Positions 17,073 through 27,204 of a stretch of DNA of 64,000 nucleotides are shown piece after piece; position 1 is the first letter of the stretch; every line of letters starts with the position of its first letter. Under the pieces are notes generated by a model. It was not told where the DNA came from. It worked only from the letters and a program-made list of their open reading frames with translations, and searched no databases. Made by a program: the position numbers and the translations under genes. This DNA is from Planctomycetota bacterium (GTDB lineage Bacteria; Planctomycetota; PLA2; JAEUHO01). The stretch lies in the NCBI GenBank assembly GCA_965222115.1, contig CBDCTJ010000007.1, forward strand, positions 32,001 to 96,000. The letters are read 5' to 3'.

Positions 17073-18878
17073 CTACATGAGCGCCAACATAATGAGCGTG
17101 CTGGTGGCCACCACAAGGCTCATGCCCACGCCTACGCGCACAAAATCACGCGTTTCATAACGCCCGGCGCCCTGCACCATCAGATTGCATTGGTGGGCAA
17201 AGGGAAAGATGAACGTACACGACGCACCAAACGCTACGGACAGGAACGCCTTGTGAGGAGGCATGCCCAGCGCTTCCGCCGCCTTCCATGCAACGGGCGC
17301 CAAAATCACGGCCGTGGCTACATTGTTGCTGGTCGTACTCAGTAGCGCAGCCAGCAGGTAGAGCGCCGCCAACACGCCGAGCGTTCCGAAGGGTCCTCGA
17401 AACGCCATCACGCCGCCAGCAACGTGTTCCGCCACACCGGTTTGGTCAAGTGCCAATCCAAGCGGCAGCGTACCGATGAGCAAGAACAACACCGTCCAAT
17501 TGATGGATTGACCGGCTTGTTGCGGCGTAATGCAACCTGTCAGCACCGTCAACATGCATGCGGGAATGACGCTAACGGCCAAGGGAAGCCACCCAACCAG
17601 CGGCGGAATGAGCGCAACACATACGGCGAGTATTGCAATCGGTGCAAGGCGATAGTCCTTCTCCATTCCCCCGGCGCCAAGTGCAATGAAGTCGGTCTGT
17701 TCACGGAGTCTTCGCACGCGATCCACGGGTCCGCTTACCAGGAGGGCGTCTCCCAAGCGCAAGGGCATGGTGGATATGCCAGACGTCTTCGGCGTATCGC
17801 CGCGCCAAATCGACACCACGTTCAACCCATAGTTTTTGCGAAACTCAAGCTCCTTGAGCGTCTTACCAATCGCACCCGAGCGTGGATCCAGCGTGATCTC
17901 GGCCAGCGTGCTTCCAAAGTGAATCAACCGACGCGCCGCCTCTTGACCAACCAAACCTACATCCACCGCTTGTTCGCGCGAAAACCGCTTGACGTCCTCA
18001 TCCGCACCTTCCACATACAAGCTAAGGCCGGGCTGCATCAACATGTCGGGGCGTGGATCGCGATACTTGTGACGAACCCCGCCGCGCCGACGAATCAACA
18101 CCACTTCGAGATTATACTCTTCGCCTATCTTGGCGTTGCGGAGCGACAATCCGCTCAGCTTGGAAGCTGCACTCACATCGGCTCGATAAAGATGGGAATC
18201 AAACCCATACGCCATGGCCAAATCTTCGGGACGCCGTGCGCTAGGCGTTTGGTCTTTGGCTTCCCGCTCGGGGAGCAGTTTCCCGCCCACAAATACCATG
18301 TAGAGCGTGCCCATAATGGCGACGGGCACGCCAACTGCAGAAAACTCGAATACACCAAAACCCTCAGCGCCTCGAGCACGCAGTAAGGAGTCGAGCACCA
18401 ACTGCGGGGCAGCGCCGATCAACGTCAACGTGCCGCCGAGAATGGTCGCGTAGGCCAGAGGCAACAACAACTTGGACGGCGCCATGCCGGTCCGTCGCGC
18501 CGAGAGTGCAATGGCGGGCAACAATACCGCGAGCGTGGCCGACGTGGACGCGAAGGCGCTCAACACAATCGACACCACCATGACGAGTACGAGCACACGA
18601 AACTCGCTGCGCCTGCCAAAGCGTTCAATACCATTGCCCATCATGGTGGCCACGCCGGTTGCTTGCAACCCGGCACTCAATACGTGGATCCCCGCCAGGG
18701 AAATGACGGCTACACTGCCAAAGCCCGCAAGTACCGATTCGGCCGGATGCACCACACCAAAGGCCGCCAACACAACCGGTATGCACAAGGCTGTTACCGC
18801 CAGAGGAATCGGTTTGGTGATAAACAGCACCATCGCGACGAAAAGCACTGCCACCGCGATCCATCCGTGCATGTCCAT
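17073..18878 (-). CDS. SLC13/CitMHS family permease with TrkA-C domains
   Basis: SKLLLPLAYATILGGTLTLIG, two central TrkA-C-like domains, SNNVATAVILAPVA, HQCNLMVQGAGRY. Confidence 0.9.
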   Translation of the reverse strand: MDMHGWIAVAVLFVAMVLFITKPIPLAVTALCIPVVLAAFGVVHPAESVLAGFGSVAVISLAGIHVLSAGLQATGVATMMGNGIERFGRRSEFRVLVLVMVVSIVLSAFASTSATLAVLLPAIALSARRTGMAPSKLLLPLAYATILGGTLTLIGAAPQLVLDSLLRARGAEGFGVFEFSAVGVPVAIMGTLYMVFVGGKLLPEREAKDQTPSARRPEDLAMAYGFDSHLYRADVSAASKLSGLSLRNAKIGEEYNLEVVLIRRRGGVRHKYRDPRPDMLMQPGLSLYVEGADEDVKRFSREQAVDVGLVGQEAARRLIHFGSTLAEITLDPRSGAIGKTLKELEFRKNYGLNVVSIWRGDTPKTSGISTMPLRLGDALLVSGPVDRVRRLREQTDFIALGAGGMEKDYRLAPIAILAVCVALIPPLVGWLPLAVSVIPACMLTVLTGCITPQQAGQSINWTVLFLLIGTLPLGLALDQTGVAEHVAGGVMAFRGPFGTLGVLAALYLLAALLSTTSNNVATAVILAPVAWKAAEALGMPPHKAFLSVAFGASCTFIFPFAHQCNLMVQGAGRYETRDFVRVGVGMSLVVATSTLIMLALM

Positions 18879-18887
18879 GCGGCGATG

Positions 18888-19535
18888 CTACTCCTTCGCT
18901 GCGTCAGACTTGAGGACGCGCTCGAGTCGAATCGCAAGTTCACTGAGCGCCATTGCGGTGGCACCCCAAACAGGAAACGGACCCAGATCCATATACGGCA
19001 CGGTGCGGGTCTTCCCTTGATGGGCCCGCACCTCTACGCGCCGACGATCGCTATTCAATAGGTCTTGGAGCGGAACGGGTTGGGTCTCAACGACTTCATC
19101 GTTGGGAGGTCCAAAGGTGGTTGGGGCAGGTCCGGTGGCAATGAATACATGCAGCCACGTGTGCGTCACCGGAATATAGACCGGCGTAAGCACCCCCAGT
19201 TGCCGCGGCCAGTCCAGAGGAAGCGCAATCTCCTCACAGGCTTCGCGAATCGCGGTTTTCCATAGCGACTCGCCCGCCTCAGGACGTCCTCCTGGTAGGG
19301 AAATCTGTCCCGCATGTTCCCGAAGTGAGCTGGCGCGACGCGTGAGTGGCAACAAGAGCGTGTCATTTGACGCATAGATATAGGCCAGCGCCGCTGCGGA
19401 GCGCGGGATGGGTCCGTCTTCGGGCGGCTTTTCTCGACCGGACGGTGAAAACGCGCGTTGCGCTGCGAGCCCATCCACGTGGCCCACGTCGAAAAGACGC
19501 TCGATATGTGCGAGATCGATGTTTGGAATCTCCAT
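18888..19535 (-). CDS. NUDIX hydrolase, CoA pyrophosphatase family
   Basis: LTRRASSLREHAGQISLPGG plus Nudix box TAIREACEEI; VWGATAMAL. Confidence 0.88.
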   Translation of the reverse strand: MEIPNIDLAHIERLFDVGHVDGLAAQRAFSPSGREKPPEDGPIPRSAAALAYIYASNDTLLLPLTRRASSLREHAGQISLPGGRPEAGESLWKTAIREACEEIALPLDWPRQLGVLTPVYIPVTHTWLHVFIATGPAPTTFGPPNDEVVETQPVPLQDLLNSDRRRVEVRAHQGKTRTVPYMDLGPFPVWGATAMALSELAIRLERVLKSDAAKE

Positions 19536-19627
19536 GGTGGAGTTTCTACTCTCCGGTTCGGCAGGGTCGGAACGGGTCGGTAGACGCGCGCCGGTCAATA
19601 ATCTCACATCGCAAGACGGAGATCACC

Positions 19628-21106
19628 ATGTCCAAGATCCAGTATTCAGCAAGTCCCGCGGCAGCGTGGAAAACGGTCGAGGCCGTGCTCTTTCTCGCCC
19701 CCGAAGCCATGTGGAAGAACGGTTGGTTGGCCGATGTCTGCAGCGAAAGCTGGGCCACACCGCTCCATGCCCACGCGCGCGACGCCAAGTCGGGGAGCAA
19801 CGGCAAGTTGCTTCGTAGCCTCGGTGGCAAGGGTGAGCCCAAACACATCACGCTCGGTGTACTGCCCGACAAGCGTTCGCATCACAACACGCCCGCGCGC
19901 ACGGAAGCCATTCGCAGCTTGGTTGCCAAATCTGAGATTACGGGCCAGCGCAAGGCCGCCATCATCCTAGGGATTGACGATCCCGACTACACGCTCGCCG
20001 TCTTGCGCGGTGCCGTGTCTGCCTTGCCGATTCACACGCTTCGCGCCGATCCCAAGCCCAAGCCGTGTGCTATTCGCATTGCTGCGGCCGATAGCGACGG
20101 CGTGCGCCTCACCATTTCCAAACGCGATCGCACCACCGCCGACTTCTCGCGTTTTGCCGCGCAACTTGTGGACATGCCCACGGCCGACTTACACACACCC
20201 GACTTTGTGCGTCTAACGCGCCGCGCCGCGAAAGACATTCCTGGTTTGACCGTTTCGGTGATGTCGGGCAAAGAACTGCTCGACAAGAAGATGGGTGGCC
20301 TCCACGCCGTGGGTCGCACCGCCATTCATCCGCCCAAGCTCATGATTCTTCGTTATCGACCGGCAAAAGCCAAGCGTACCATAGCCTTGATTGGCAAGGG
20401 CATTGTGTATGACACCGGTGGTTTGAGCATCAAAGTGGGCAACAACATGCCCGGCATGAAATGCGACATGGGCGGTGCGGCGGCCGTAACGGGTGCCGCA
20501 CTTGCCCTCGCGGCAAACAAGCACAAGGATGCGATCGTTGCTGCCGTGGCCTTGGCGGAAAACGCCATTGGCCCCAACGCCTATCGACCCGATGACGTTC
20601 TCGAAATGCATTCCGGTCACAGCGTAGAGATTTACAACACCGATGCCGAAGGCCGACTCGTGCTTGCGGATGCGGCCTCCTATGCAGCGCGTAAGTTCAA
20701 GCCCGACGCCATCATCGACATGGCCACACTCACGGGCGCGCAACTCATTGCAACCGGCGTGCGCCATGCAGGCATTGTGAGCAATCGTCAAGGGCTTGAG
20801 AACGCTGCAGTTCGTGCTGGCAAGAAGAGTGGCGACCTGGTCTTCCCCATGCCCTTCGCGCCGGAGTTTTATCAAAGCAACTTCGCCAGCAAGATTGCTG
20901 ACATGAAGAACTCCGTGATCAATCGCATGGACGCGCAGTCCTCGTGCGCGGGGCAGTTCATCTACAACCACATTGACGATCTCGACATTCCGTGGCTGCA
21001 TGTGGATCTCGCCGGACCTGCGTTTCGCGATGAGCGCGGTACGGGCTTTGGTGTGGCCCTGGCTGCTCAGTTGCTTCAGGATTTGCAACGCGACGACTTA
21101 AAGTAA
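19628..21106 (+). CDS. M17 leucyl aminopeptidase family (NPEPL1-like)
   Basis: GKGIVYDTGGLSIK, MKCDMGG, NTDAEGRLVLAD, DMATLTGA; GGAG RBS before ATG 19628. Confidence 0.92.
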   Translation: MSKIQYSASPAAAWKTVEAVLFLAPEAMWKNGWLADVCSESWATPLHAHARDAKSGSNGKLLRSLGGKGEPKHITLGVLPDKRSHHNTPARTEAIRSLVAKSEITGQRKAAIILGIDDPDYTLAVLRGAVSALPIHTLRADPKPKPCAIRIAAADSDGVRLTISKRDRTTADFSRFAAQLVDMPTADLHTPDFVRLTRRAAKDIPGLTVSVMSGKELLDKKMGGLHAVGRTAIHPPKLMILRYRPAKAKRTIALIGKGIVYDTGGLSIKVGNNMPGMKCDMGGAAAVTGAALALAANKHKDAIVAAVALAENAIGPNAYRPDDVLEMHSGHSVEIYNTDAEGRLVLADAASYAARKFKPDAIIDMATLTGAQLIATGVRHAGIVSNRQGLENAAVRAGKKSGDLVFPMPFAPEFYQSNFASKIADMKNSVINRMDAQSSCAGQFIYNHIDDLDIPWLHVDLAGPAFRDERGTGFGVALAAQLLQDLQRDDLK

Positions 21107-21160
21107 TTCACGGAGATTCGACAGACCTTGTGGCGCTGAGCAACACGGAGACTTGTCCTC

Positions 21161-22504
21161 ATGACGCCCGACCCAGCATCGGCCAGTGCGCTTGAGCGAT
21201 TGCTTCGCGACGGGAGCGATGCCGATGTTGGGCGTTTCTTTCTGTTGCTTACGCCGCCCGAGATCGCCGACCTGCTTGAGACGTTAAGGAACGATGAAGA
21301 TCGCGCGCGCGCGTTTCGCGCCATTGTCTCGAAAGATCAGCCGCGTGTACTTCGTGGGCTGGAGGAGGGCGAGCGCGCGGGCCTTGTCGAGGAACTCGCG
21401 CCTGAGCGCGCCGCCGATCTCTTGGAAGCGTTGCGCACCGACGACGCAGCGGACGTCTTGCAAGAACTCGACGAATCCACCAAGGCCGATGTGTTGCAAC
21501 ATATTGAGCCGGAGGAACGCCGGGCGATTGAATGCGTCATGGACTACCCGCCGCAATCGGCGGGTGGCATCATGCAGACCGAACTCGTGCGTGTGAACGA
21601 CTTTCAAACAACGCGCGCTGCGGTCGAGGAAATTCGCCGCACGCGCGACAAAGTTGGTGAGCTCCACGAAGTCTTTGTTGTGGATCGCAACTCACGGCTC
21701 AAGGGTTGGATCAAAGCGCGTGATTTAATTCTCGCCGAAGACGACACATTGGTTGCATCCATCACGACGCCCGTGCCGGTGACCGTGCCGGTCACCGAAG
21801 ATCAAGAAGAGATTGCCTCCTTGGTGCAGGACTATGACGCCTCATCGGTGGCAGTCGTGGACCACGACGACCGACTTGTGGGTCGTATTCTGATCGACGA
21901 CATTGTGGACGTCTTGGAAGAAGAGGCCACGGAAGACATTGTGCGACTTGGCGGAACGGCGCCGGGCGAAATCTATGAACCGTCGGTAGGGATGGCGTTG
22001 CGCGCGCGATCGCCGTGGTTGGGAATCACCTTTCTCGGTGGCATTGCCGCGGCACTCATCATGGACGCGGGTGATGACTTGATCAAACACGCCGGTGCAC
22101 TGTTCGCGTTCGTCCCCGTCATATTGGGCATGGGCGGCGCATCCGCTACGCAAACGGCAACGGTCACAGTACGTAGTCTCGCCCTGGGGCGTATCAGCCC
22201 CGGTCAACTTGGCGCGGTGATCGGAAAGGAACTGCTGGTCGGCTTCGTACTGGCTATTGCCGTGGGGTCGTTGCTATTCCTTGTGACGCGTGTTGTGGAC
22301 GCCGATACAACCGTGGCATGGATCGCGAGCCTCGCCATGTTCGGCACGGTGTCATTCGGCACACTCTTTGGCGTGATTACCCCTCTCGTGCTCGACAAAT
22401 TTGGCGTGGACCCGGCCGTAGCCACCAGCCCGTTTGTCACAACGGTCAATGACCTGCTTGGTTCGGCGCTGATCTTGGGTCTCTGCTGGTTCGCCGCGAC
22501 GTAA
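21161..22504 (+). CDS. mgtE: Magnesium transporter MgtE
   Basis: MgtE-N (DDAADVLQEL), CBS pair (SAGGIMQTE), EEEATEDI, DPAVATSPFVTTVND. Confidence 0.93.
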   Translation: MTPDPASASALERLLRDGSDADVGRFFLLLTPPEIADLLETLRNDEDRARAFRAIVSKDQPRVLRGLEEGERAGLVEELAPERAADLLEALRTDDAADVLQELDESTKADVLQHIEPEERRAIECVMDYPPQSAGGIMQTELVRVNDFQTTRAAVEEIRRTRDKVGELHEVFVVDRNSRLKGWIKARDLILAEDDTLVASITTPVPVTVPVTEDQEEIASLVQDYDASSVAVVDHDDRLVGRILIDDIVDVLEEEATEDIVRLGGTAPGEIYEPSVGMALRARSPWLGITFLGGIAAALIMDAGDDLIKHAGALFAFVPVILGMGGASATQTATVTVRSLALGRISPGQLGAVIGKELLVGFVLAIAVGSLLFLVTRVVDADTTVAWIASLAMFGTVSFGTLFGVITPLVLDKFGVDPAVATSPFVTTVNDLLGSALILGLCWFAAT

Positions 22505-22717
22505 GCGGGCCGAAATCGAGGCGCCCAATTCGACTCGCGTGCAGATTCGCTCTAAAGCCCAACCTTTTGGCCTTTCGAGTCTTCATCGTTTCAAGCAACA
22601 CGCACCCGATGCCGCTGCCCTCTTGGTAACCTGAGAGGGCATGCACGCCCCGTGGCAGTCGGACCGGCCCATGCCGGGGCGATGAGTTCTCCATGGAGGG
22701 CTCAGAAAGGAAGATCT

Positions 22718-23143
22718 ATGCGCAAACTTGGACTCTCGCTGTTTACCGCGGTTGCGGTCGGCGCTATGGCTTTGTGTGCGGCGCCGACTGCCGATGCCGC
22801 TCCTATCTCCGCCAAGATGCCCACCATGGACATCTCGATTGGCTTTGGGTACAGCACAGGCTATGGCTACGCACCACCAGCCTACGCACCGCCCGCGTAC
22901 TATGCACCCGCACCCGTCTATGCAGCACCCGTATACGCTGCGCCCGTGTACTACCCGCGTTATTACCGTCCGCGGTATTACCGTCCCTACTACCCGCGCT
23001 ACTACGCGCCATCGGTTAGCTTTGGCATTGGCTACTACGGTGGCAGTCGCGGCTACTACCGCGGTAGCCGTGGCTATTACCGTGGACGTGGTTGGCGTTC
23101 GCGCTCACGCGCCGGTGGACGTGTGATTGGCCGTCGTCGCTAA
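22718..23143 (+). CDS. Secreted low-complexity Tyr/Pro/Arg/Gly-rich protein
   Basis: Signal peptide ending ADA; YAPPA/PVYAA, YYRPR and RGYY repeats; AAGGAAG RBS. Confidence 0.75.
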   Translation: MRKLGLSLFTAVAVGAMALCAAPTADAAPISAKMPTMDISIGFGYSTGYGYAPPAYAPPAYYAPAPVYAAPVYAAPVYYPRYYRPRYYRPYYPRYYAPSVSFGIGYYGGSRGYYRGSRGYYRGRGWRSRSRAGGRVIGRRR

Positions 23144-23174
23144 GCGGCACGTCAAATCACTAGTCAAACGATTC

Positions 23175-23209
23175 AACAGGTCGGCAATCGCCGGCCTGTT
23201 TTCATTTTT
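23175..23209 (+). terminator. Rho-independent terminator
   Basis: aacaggtcggc-aatc-gccggcctgtt followed by ttcattttt. Confidence 0.75.
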
Positions 23210-23332
23210 GGGTGTTTCTCGCGTGCGGCGTAGATGCGCGTGTCCGTTTCTTCGAAGTAACGAGCACGGTGCGAGGTTCTCTGACGACGCTAGCGCCCCA
23301 TTTCGGCCAAGGGTTGTGCTACGCTCGGAGGC

Positions 23333-25552
23333 ATGAAAACTGGCATCGTGTCGGCTGTGCTCTTGGCCGTGCCCGTGGCCATGATTTGGTTTGCGATGGT
23401 TCCGCGCAAATCAGCGTCGAAACACTCAATCGAGACGATCCACCGATCACAGACGCCTGCAAAGGCGAGTCCAGAACTCATCGAGACCGTGCTACGTGGC
23501 ACCAATATCATGCGCTGGCCGGTGCGAAATGAAGGACACGGCATGCCGCCGAATGGCAGCTTGGTTCTTCTACGTCAACACACTTCGGAGCATGATGGCA
23601 GCGTACCGTCGCGCGGCATCGTGCATGACGGCCACATCGTAGTCGCGGACTGGACTTCGGGATTTTGGCAAGCACGGGCCATCATCCCCGGCTTTGGCTG
23701 TGCGCTGCTTCGTGCCGTGGATCCGGGTAGACAGGGATCACCCGTCGCATTTCGACCACTGGGTTCGGTAACGGTTACGGTCAAGGCCATCACGGGCAAG
23801 CCTCTTCGCGGCGCGCGTGCCACAGTGCTTGAGACCCATGCACAGGGCATGAATCGTTTCGCTAAGACCGACGCGCAGGGTCGCGCTCACATTACCGATC
23901 TTTATAGCGGGCCCGATGCGATCGTCGCATGCCGTATTACGGGCTGGGGCAATCTACCAATCGACCGCACATTTCGAGACATTGACTTGCACATAGGAAA
24001 CGCGTCACTGGAACACATCGTTCCGGCGTTCGTTTCGATCCCACTCCACCTTCGAGTCACCGTGAATGGAGCGCCACCGCCAGCCGACTTTGATGAGCTA
24101 GCGAACATCTACATTCATCGCGCAGAGGATCCCAAGGCGAAGCAGGGCGATGATGACCAAGAGTCGTTGGAAGATGCACTCAGAGAGACACTTGAGAAGC
24201 GCGCTGACTATCCGCGGGGCAATCTGAACTGGCACGACGGGCAGCAGGTGCGGCTGCGCCCGGACAGTCACGGCGTATGTAGCTTTCGTATCACCGCATT
24301 CGCCAGTGCAAACCGCATTGAGCTGTCGTTGGAAAGCAGGCGGTATCGAGACCCAGACCTGAGCGCCTTTGAGATCAAGGACGATCAACCAGTCCAGGTT
24401 GAACTAGCGCTCGCAACCGAGGGTTCTGCGCACGTCCACGTACGCCCGCCCAAGGATGGCTTTCACTACATCACCCTTGAACGTTGGAACGACGACGCAG
24501 GCGCCTGGATGGTTGGACGTAGCCACAATGAGACGGTGGACGAGATCGTTCCCGATGCGCGTGGCCTAGCCATGTTTTGGGACCTCCCTGTCGGTCGCTA
24601 TCGCGCGGTCGATACGATTTCTCTAACTGCGTCGGCGCCGTTCGACGTGACCGCGGATGGTGGCGCTGCTAAGGCAGATCTCGATCTCAGTCAGTGCGGC
24701 TGGGCGCGCGGCGTGGTTGAAGTACCTGATGGCGGAGCGTTGGCAGCCGTACGGCTCCTCCGCAGCGACACCGTGGGCTACAAGTTCGCTATGCCGCACC
24801 GCAAATGGAAGCGTATGAGATTCAGTCGAGAAACAGGAGCGTTTCGTTGCCGCGTTCCAACGGGTCGCGCCATCGATCTCGCGGTGCGACATCCGATATT
24901 GAGCCCGCATCAAACGCAAGGATCCATTCGTATCGAGCAACCCGGAGATGACCACCGGCTTCAGCTTGTGCGCACGGCGGGTACGCTCCTTCGGTTTAGT
25001 GAACCCCTTCCTGAGCCATCCGACACACTTCGCGTGAGCAGACGACCCCGTCCCGAAGGTGCGCCCAACTGCCATGAGGTATCGCTAGTTTCACGTACGG
25101 GAGTTAGGAAGACCTCCGTCAGTTACCTCAACGCCGCTAGAGATACATTGGAGTTCGGCGCAGTGCCTACGGGCCAGTATACGATTGAGATCGACTCGCA
25201 AACAACGGCACCTATCATCGTTCCCAACGTAACGATTACCGACGGAATCAATGAGGTCGAAGATGTTCAGTGGTCACCCGGCGCCACGCTGCGCATCACA
25301 TTCACATACAGCGACTCGCGTTTGAAGAAAGAAACACCGATCCATCTACTGAGCCTCGATGCCACACCAATCAATCCGCCTCGGTTCAAGAGGTTTGGTA
25401 CGCTCACGCGTGACGGCGGCGAAATTCGTGGACTCGCTGCCGGTATGTACCGCGTATCATTTCGCGACATACTTGGCGAGCTCGATTCTCAGACCGAAGT
25501 TATCGAGTTTGACGGGAAGACAGAAATTAAGCGGAGCTTTCCCATTCGCTAG
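23333..25552 (+). CDS. Membrane-anchored protein with carboxypeptidase-regulatory-like (Ig-like) repeats
   Basis: N-terminal TM; GSVTVTV..GKPLRGARA..KTDAQGRA, LPVGRYRA, VPTGQYTI and GLAAGMYRV strand motifs. Confidence 0.7.
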   Translation: MKTGIVSAVLLAVPVAMIWFAMVPRKSASKHSIETIHRSQTPAKASPELIETVLRGTNIMRWPVRNEGHGMPPNGSLVLLRQHTSEHDGSVPSRGIVHDGHIVVADWTSGFWQARAIIPGFGCALLRAVDPGRQGSPVAFRPLGSVTVTVKAITGKPLRGARATVLETHAQGMNRFAKTDAQGRAHITDLYSGPDAIVACRITGWGNLPIDRTFRDIDLHIGNASLEHIVPAFVSIPLHLRVTVNGAPPPADFDELANIYIHRAEDPKAKQGDDDQESLEDALRETLEKRADYPRGNLNWHDGQQVRLRPDSHGVCSFRITAFASANRIELSLESRRYRDPDLSAFEIKDDQPVQVELALATEGSAHVHVRPPKDGFHYITLERWNDDAGAWMVGRSHNETVDEIVPDARGLAMFWDLPVGRYRAVDTISLTASAPFDVTADGGAAKADLDLSQCGWARGVVEVPDGGALAAVRLLRSDTVGYKFAMPHRKWKRMRFSRETGAFRCRVPTGRAIDLAVRHPILSPHQTQGSIRIEQPGDDHRLQLVRTAGTLLRFSEPLPEPSDTLRVSRRPRPEGAPNCHEVSLVSRTGVRKTSVSYLNAARDTLEFGAVPTGQYTIEIDSQTTAPIIVPNVTITDGINEVEDVQWSPGATLRITFTYSDSRLKKETPIHLLSLDATPINPPRFKRFGTLTRDGGEIRGLAAGMYRVSFRDILGELDSQTEVIEFDGKTEIKRSFPIR

Positions 25553-25588
25553 CAAGACCGCCCTTTGCAATCTGATAGACTGGCAGGC

Positions 25589-27046
25589 ATGAGGGCGGGC
25601 ATCCTATCGGTCATTCTTTCGGCCATCGTGTTGGCCATCACGTGGATGGGTATTCAGTACGGCTTCGTACCGATCCGAGATACCGCACGCACGAACGCAT
25701 CATCGACGCGGTACGGCGTCACCGATGAGTCGGTCGGTCCAGACATGGCGAGTTCGGCATTGATCGAAACGACGCTACGTGACGAAGGCGCCGTGCGTTG
25801 GCCGATCGTCAACGGAGGACACGGCATACCGCCCAATGGGTGCCTCGTGCTTTTGAGCGACCATCGAACAAGCGAGTTCGCGACTTTGCCATCGAGTGGT
25901 ATTGTGCACGATGGCCACGTCGTCGTGCCTGCATGGCCGCGTGAGATTCAGTACGCCCGGGCAATGATTCGAGGCTTTGGCTGCGCGCTTCTTGAAATAA
26001 ATGAACAGGCAACTGCGGCAAAGCCGGTGTCCTTTCGACCGTCCGGATCCGTGTTCGTAACCGTGCGGGACACTGCGGGTGTGCCGCTATCGGGCGTGCG
26101 CGTTTCGCTGTTCGAGCGCTATACGCTCGGCACCGCCTTCATGACCAGAACCGATGGCCAAGGACGCGCTCGAATATCAGATCTTTACAATGGGCCGGGT
26201 GCCCGGGTGGAGTGCCGTCTTACGGGATGGGGCAACTTGCCCATTAGTAAGCGTTTTAGGAACATCAAGCTTGATGAGGGCGACGCCGTCATTGAGCATG
26301 TCGTCCCTAAGGTTGTGACTCTTACGGTTTCACTCGACGTAACTACCAACGGCCATGTTCCATCGCGCGCTTTTACGGAACTCGCCGACGTGTATGCCTA
26401 TCGCAGTGAGGAAACCAAAGGCACCGTCGAACACGCCCTGAGAAAGGCGCACAAGTTGTATAGAGAGCGGCTTCGCTCGGTCGGCAGGTCGTTTCCTCTG
26501 GAGACGGACGTCGAGCAATTGGAGCGACTGCGCAACGTATTCGATGATTTCGGTGGATTGGACCGAATCCTCAGGGCGCGCGGCGGAGCCGTCGTACAAC
26601 TGCGACCCGATACAGACAGTGTATGCACGTTCAAGGTGCGCGCATTCGAGACGGCCGACCGGCTGCGCGTCGTCGTTCAACATGACCAATACATGTTGCC
26701 GGAGCCGTGTGATGTGGCGCTCGATGGGAAACGCCACGTACGCGCCCGCCTTGGACTCGCCACGATGGGTGTTGTCCGCGTACACGTTTCGTTACCGGAC
26801 GACGAAGAGCACGGGCTCGTACTTGAACGCTGGAATGTCGATAACGAGGAGTGGGAGGTGTGGACAGGTTCGGAGGGTTTGAATCGCCACCCGATCCGAG
26901 CCGAACGAGGCAAGGTCGCTACGTTTTGGGATGTGCGGGCGGGGCGATATCGGGCTGCCGACGCCTTGTCGGGCAAGCACTCTGCCCCGTTCCAGGTCAA
27001 CACGGTGGAGCGCCCCATCACGGTCGCTCTAGATCTGAGTGAGTGA
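25589..27046 (+). CDS. Tandem paralog of 23333-25552, C-terminally truncated
   Basis: Shared blocks RWP..N.GHG.PPNG, GIVHDGH.VV, GFGCALL, TGWGNLPI, LERWN, FWD...GRYRA; it stops where the paralog continues for about 285 aa. Confidence 0.7.
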   Translation: MRAGILSVILSAIVLAITWMGIQYGFVPIRDTARTNASSTRYGVTDESVGPDMASSALIETTLRDEGAVRWPIVNGGHGIPPNGCLVLLSDHRTSEFATLPSSGIVHDGHVVVPAWPREIQYARAMIRGFGCALLEINEQATAAKPVSFRPSGSVFVTVRDTAGVPLSGVRVSLFERYTLGTAFMTRTDGQGRARISDLYNGPGARVECRLTGWGNLPISKRFRNIKLDEGDAVIEHVVPKVVTLTVSLDVTTNGHVPSRAFTELADVYAYRSEETKGTVEHALRKAHKLYRERLRSVGRSFPLETDVEQLERLRNVFDDFGGLDRILRARGGAVVQLRPDTDSVCTFKVRAFETADRLRVVVQHDQYMLPEPCDVALDGKRHVRARLGLATMGVVRVHVSLPDDEEHGLVLERWNVDNEEWEVWTGSEGLNRHPIRAERGKVATFWDVRAGRYRAADALSGKHSAPFQVNTVERPITVALDLSE

Positions 27047-27204
27047 GGGCCGGGCGCTCCCAGTACACGGACGCGGTGCACATCGCGTCTCGATTTCGAC
27101 CAGCAATGACAACGACATCTCGTTCGATAGGGTCTTAATGTTCGATGAGAAGACCGACGTCATAGGAACGATAGACGTTCGATAACACATGTTACTGACA
27201 CGAT

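Noticed and set aside
19346-19627. Long N-terminal extensions in the ORF track (also 40269, 40676, 60553, 5117, 29989)
   Set aside because: They overlap neighbouring genes or repeats; downstream starts have an RBS or -10 and match family N-termini.
22860-23090. Tandem DNA repeats
   Set aside because: In-frame coding repeats of the Tyr-rich protein, not an array.
27044-27046. TGA aligned to Cys in the paralog, as possible selenocysteine
   Set aside because: Homology does not continue in frame and another stop follows about 20 codons later; truncation is the simpler explanation.
27121-27185. Three gttcgat copies and a ggtctt/aagacc inverted repeat
   Set aside because: Short, low information, between convergent genes; no supportable function.
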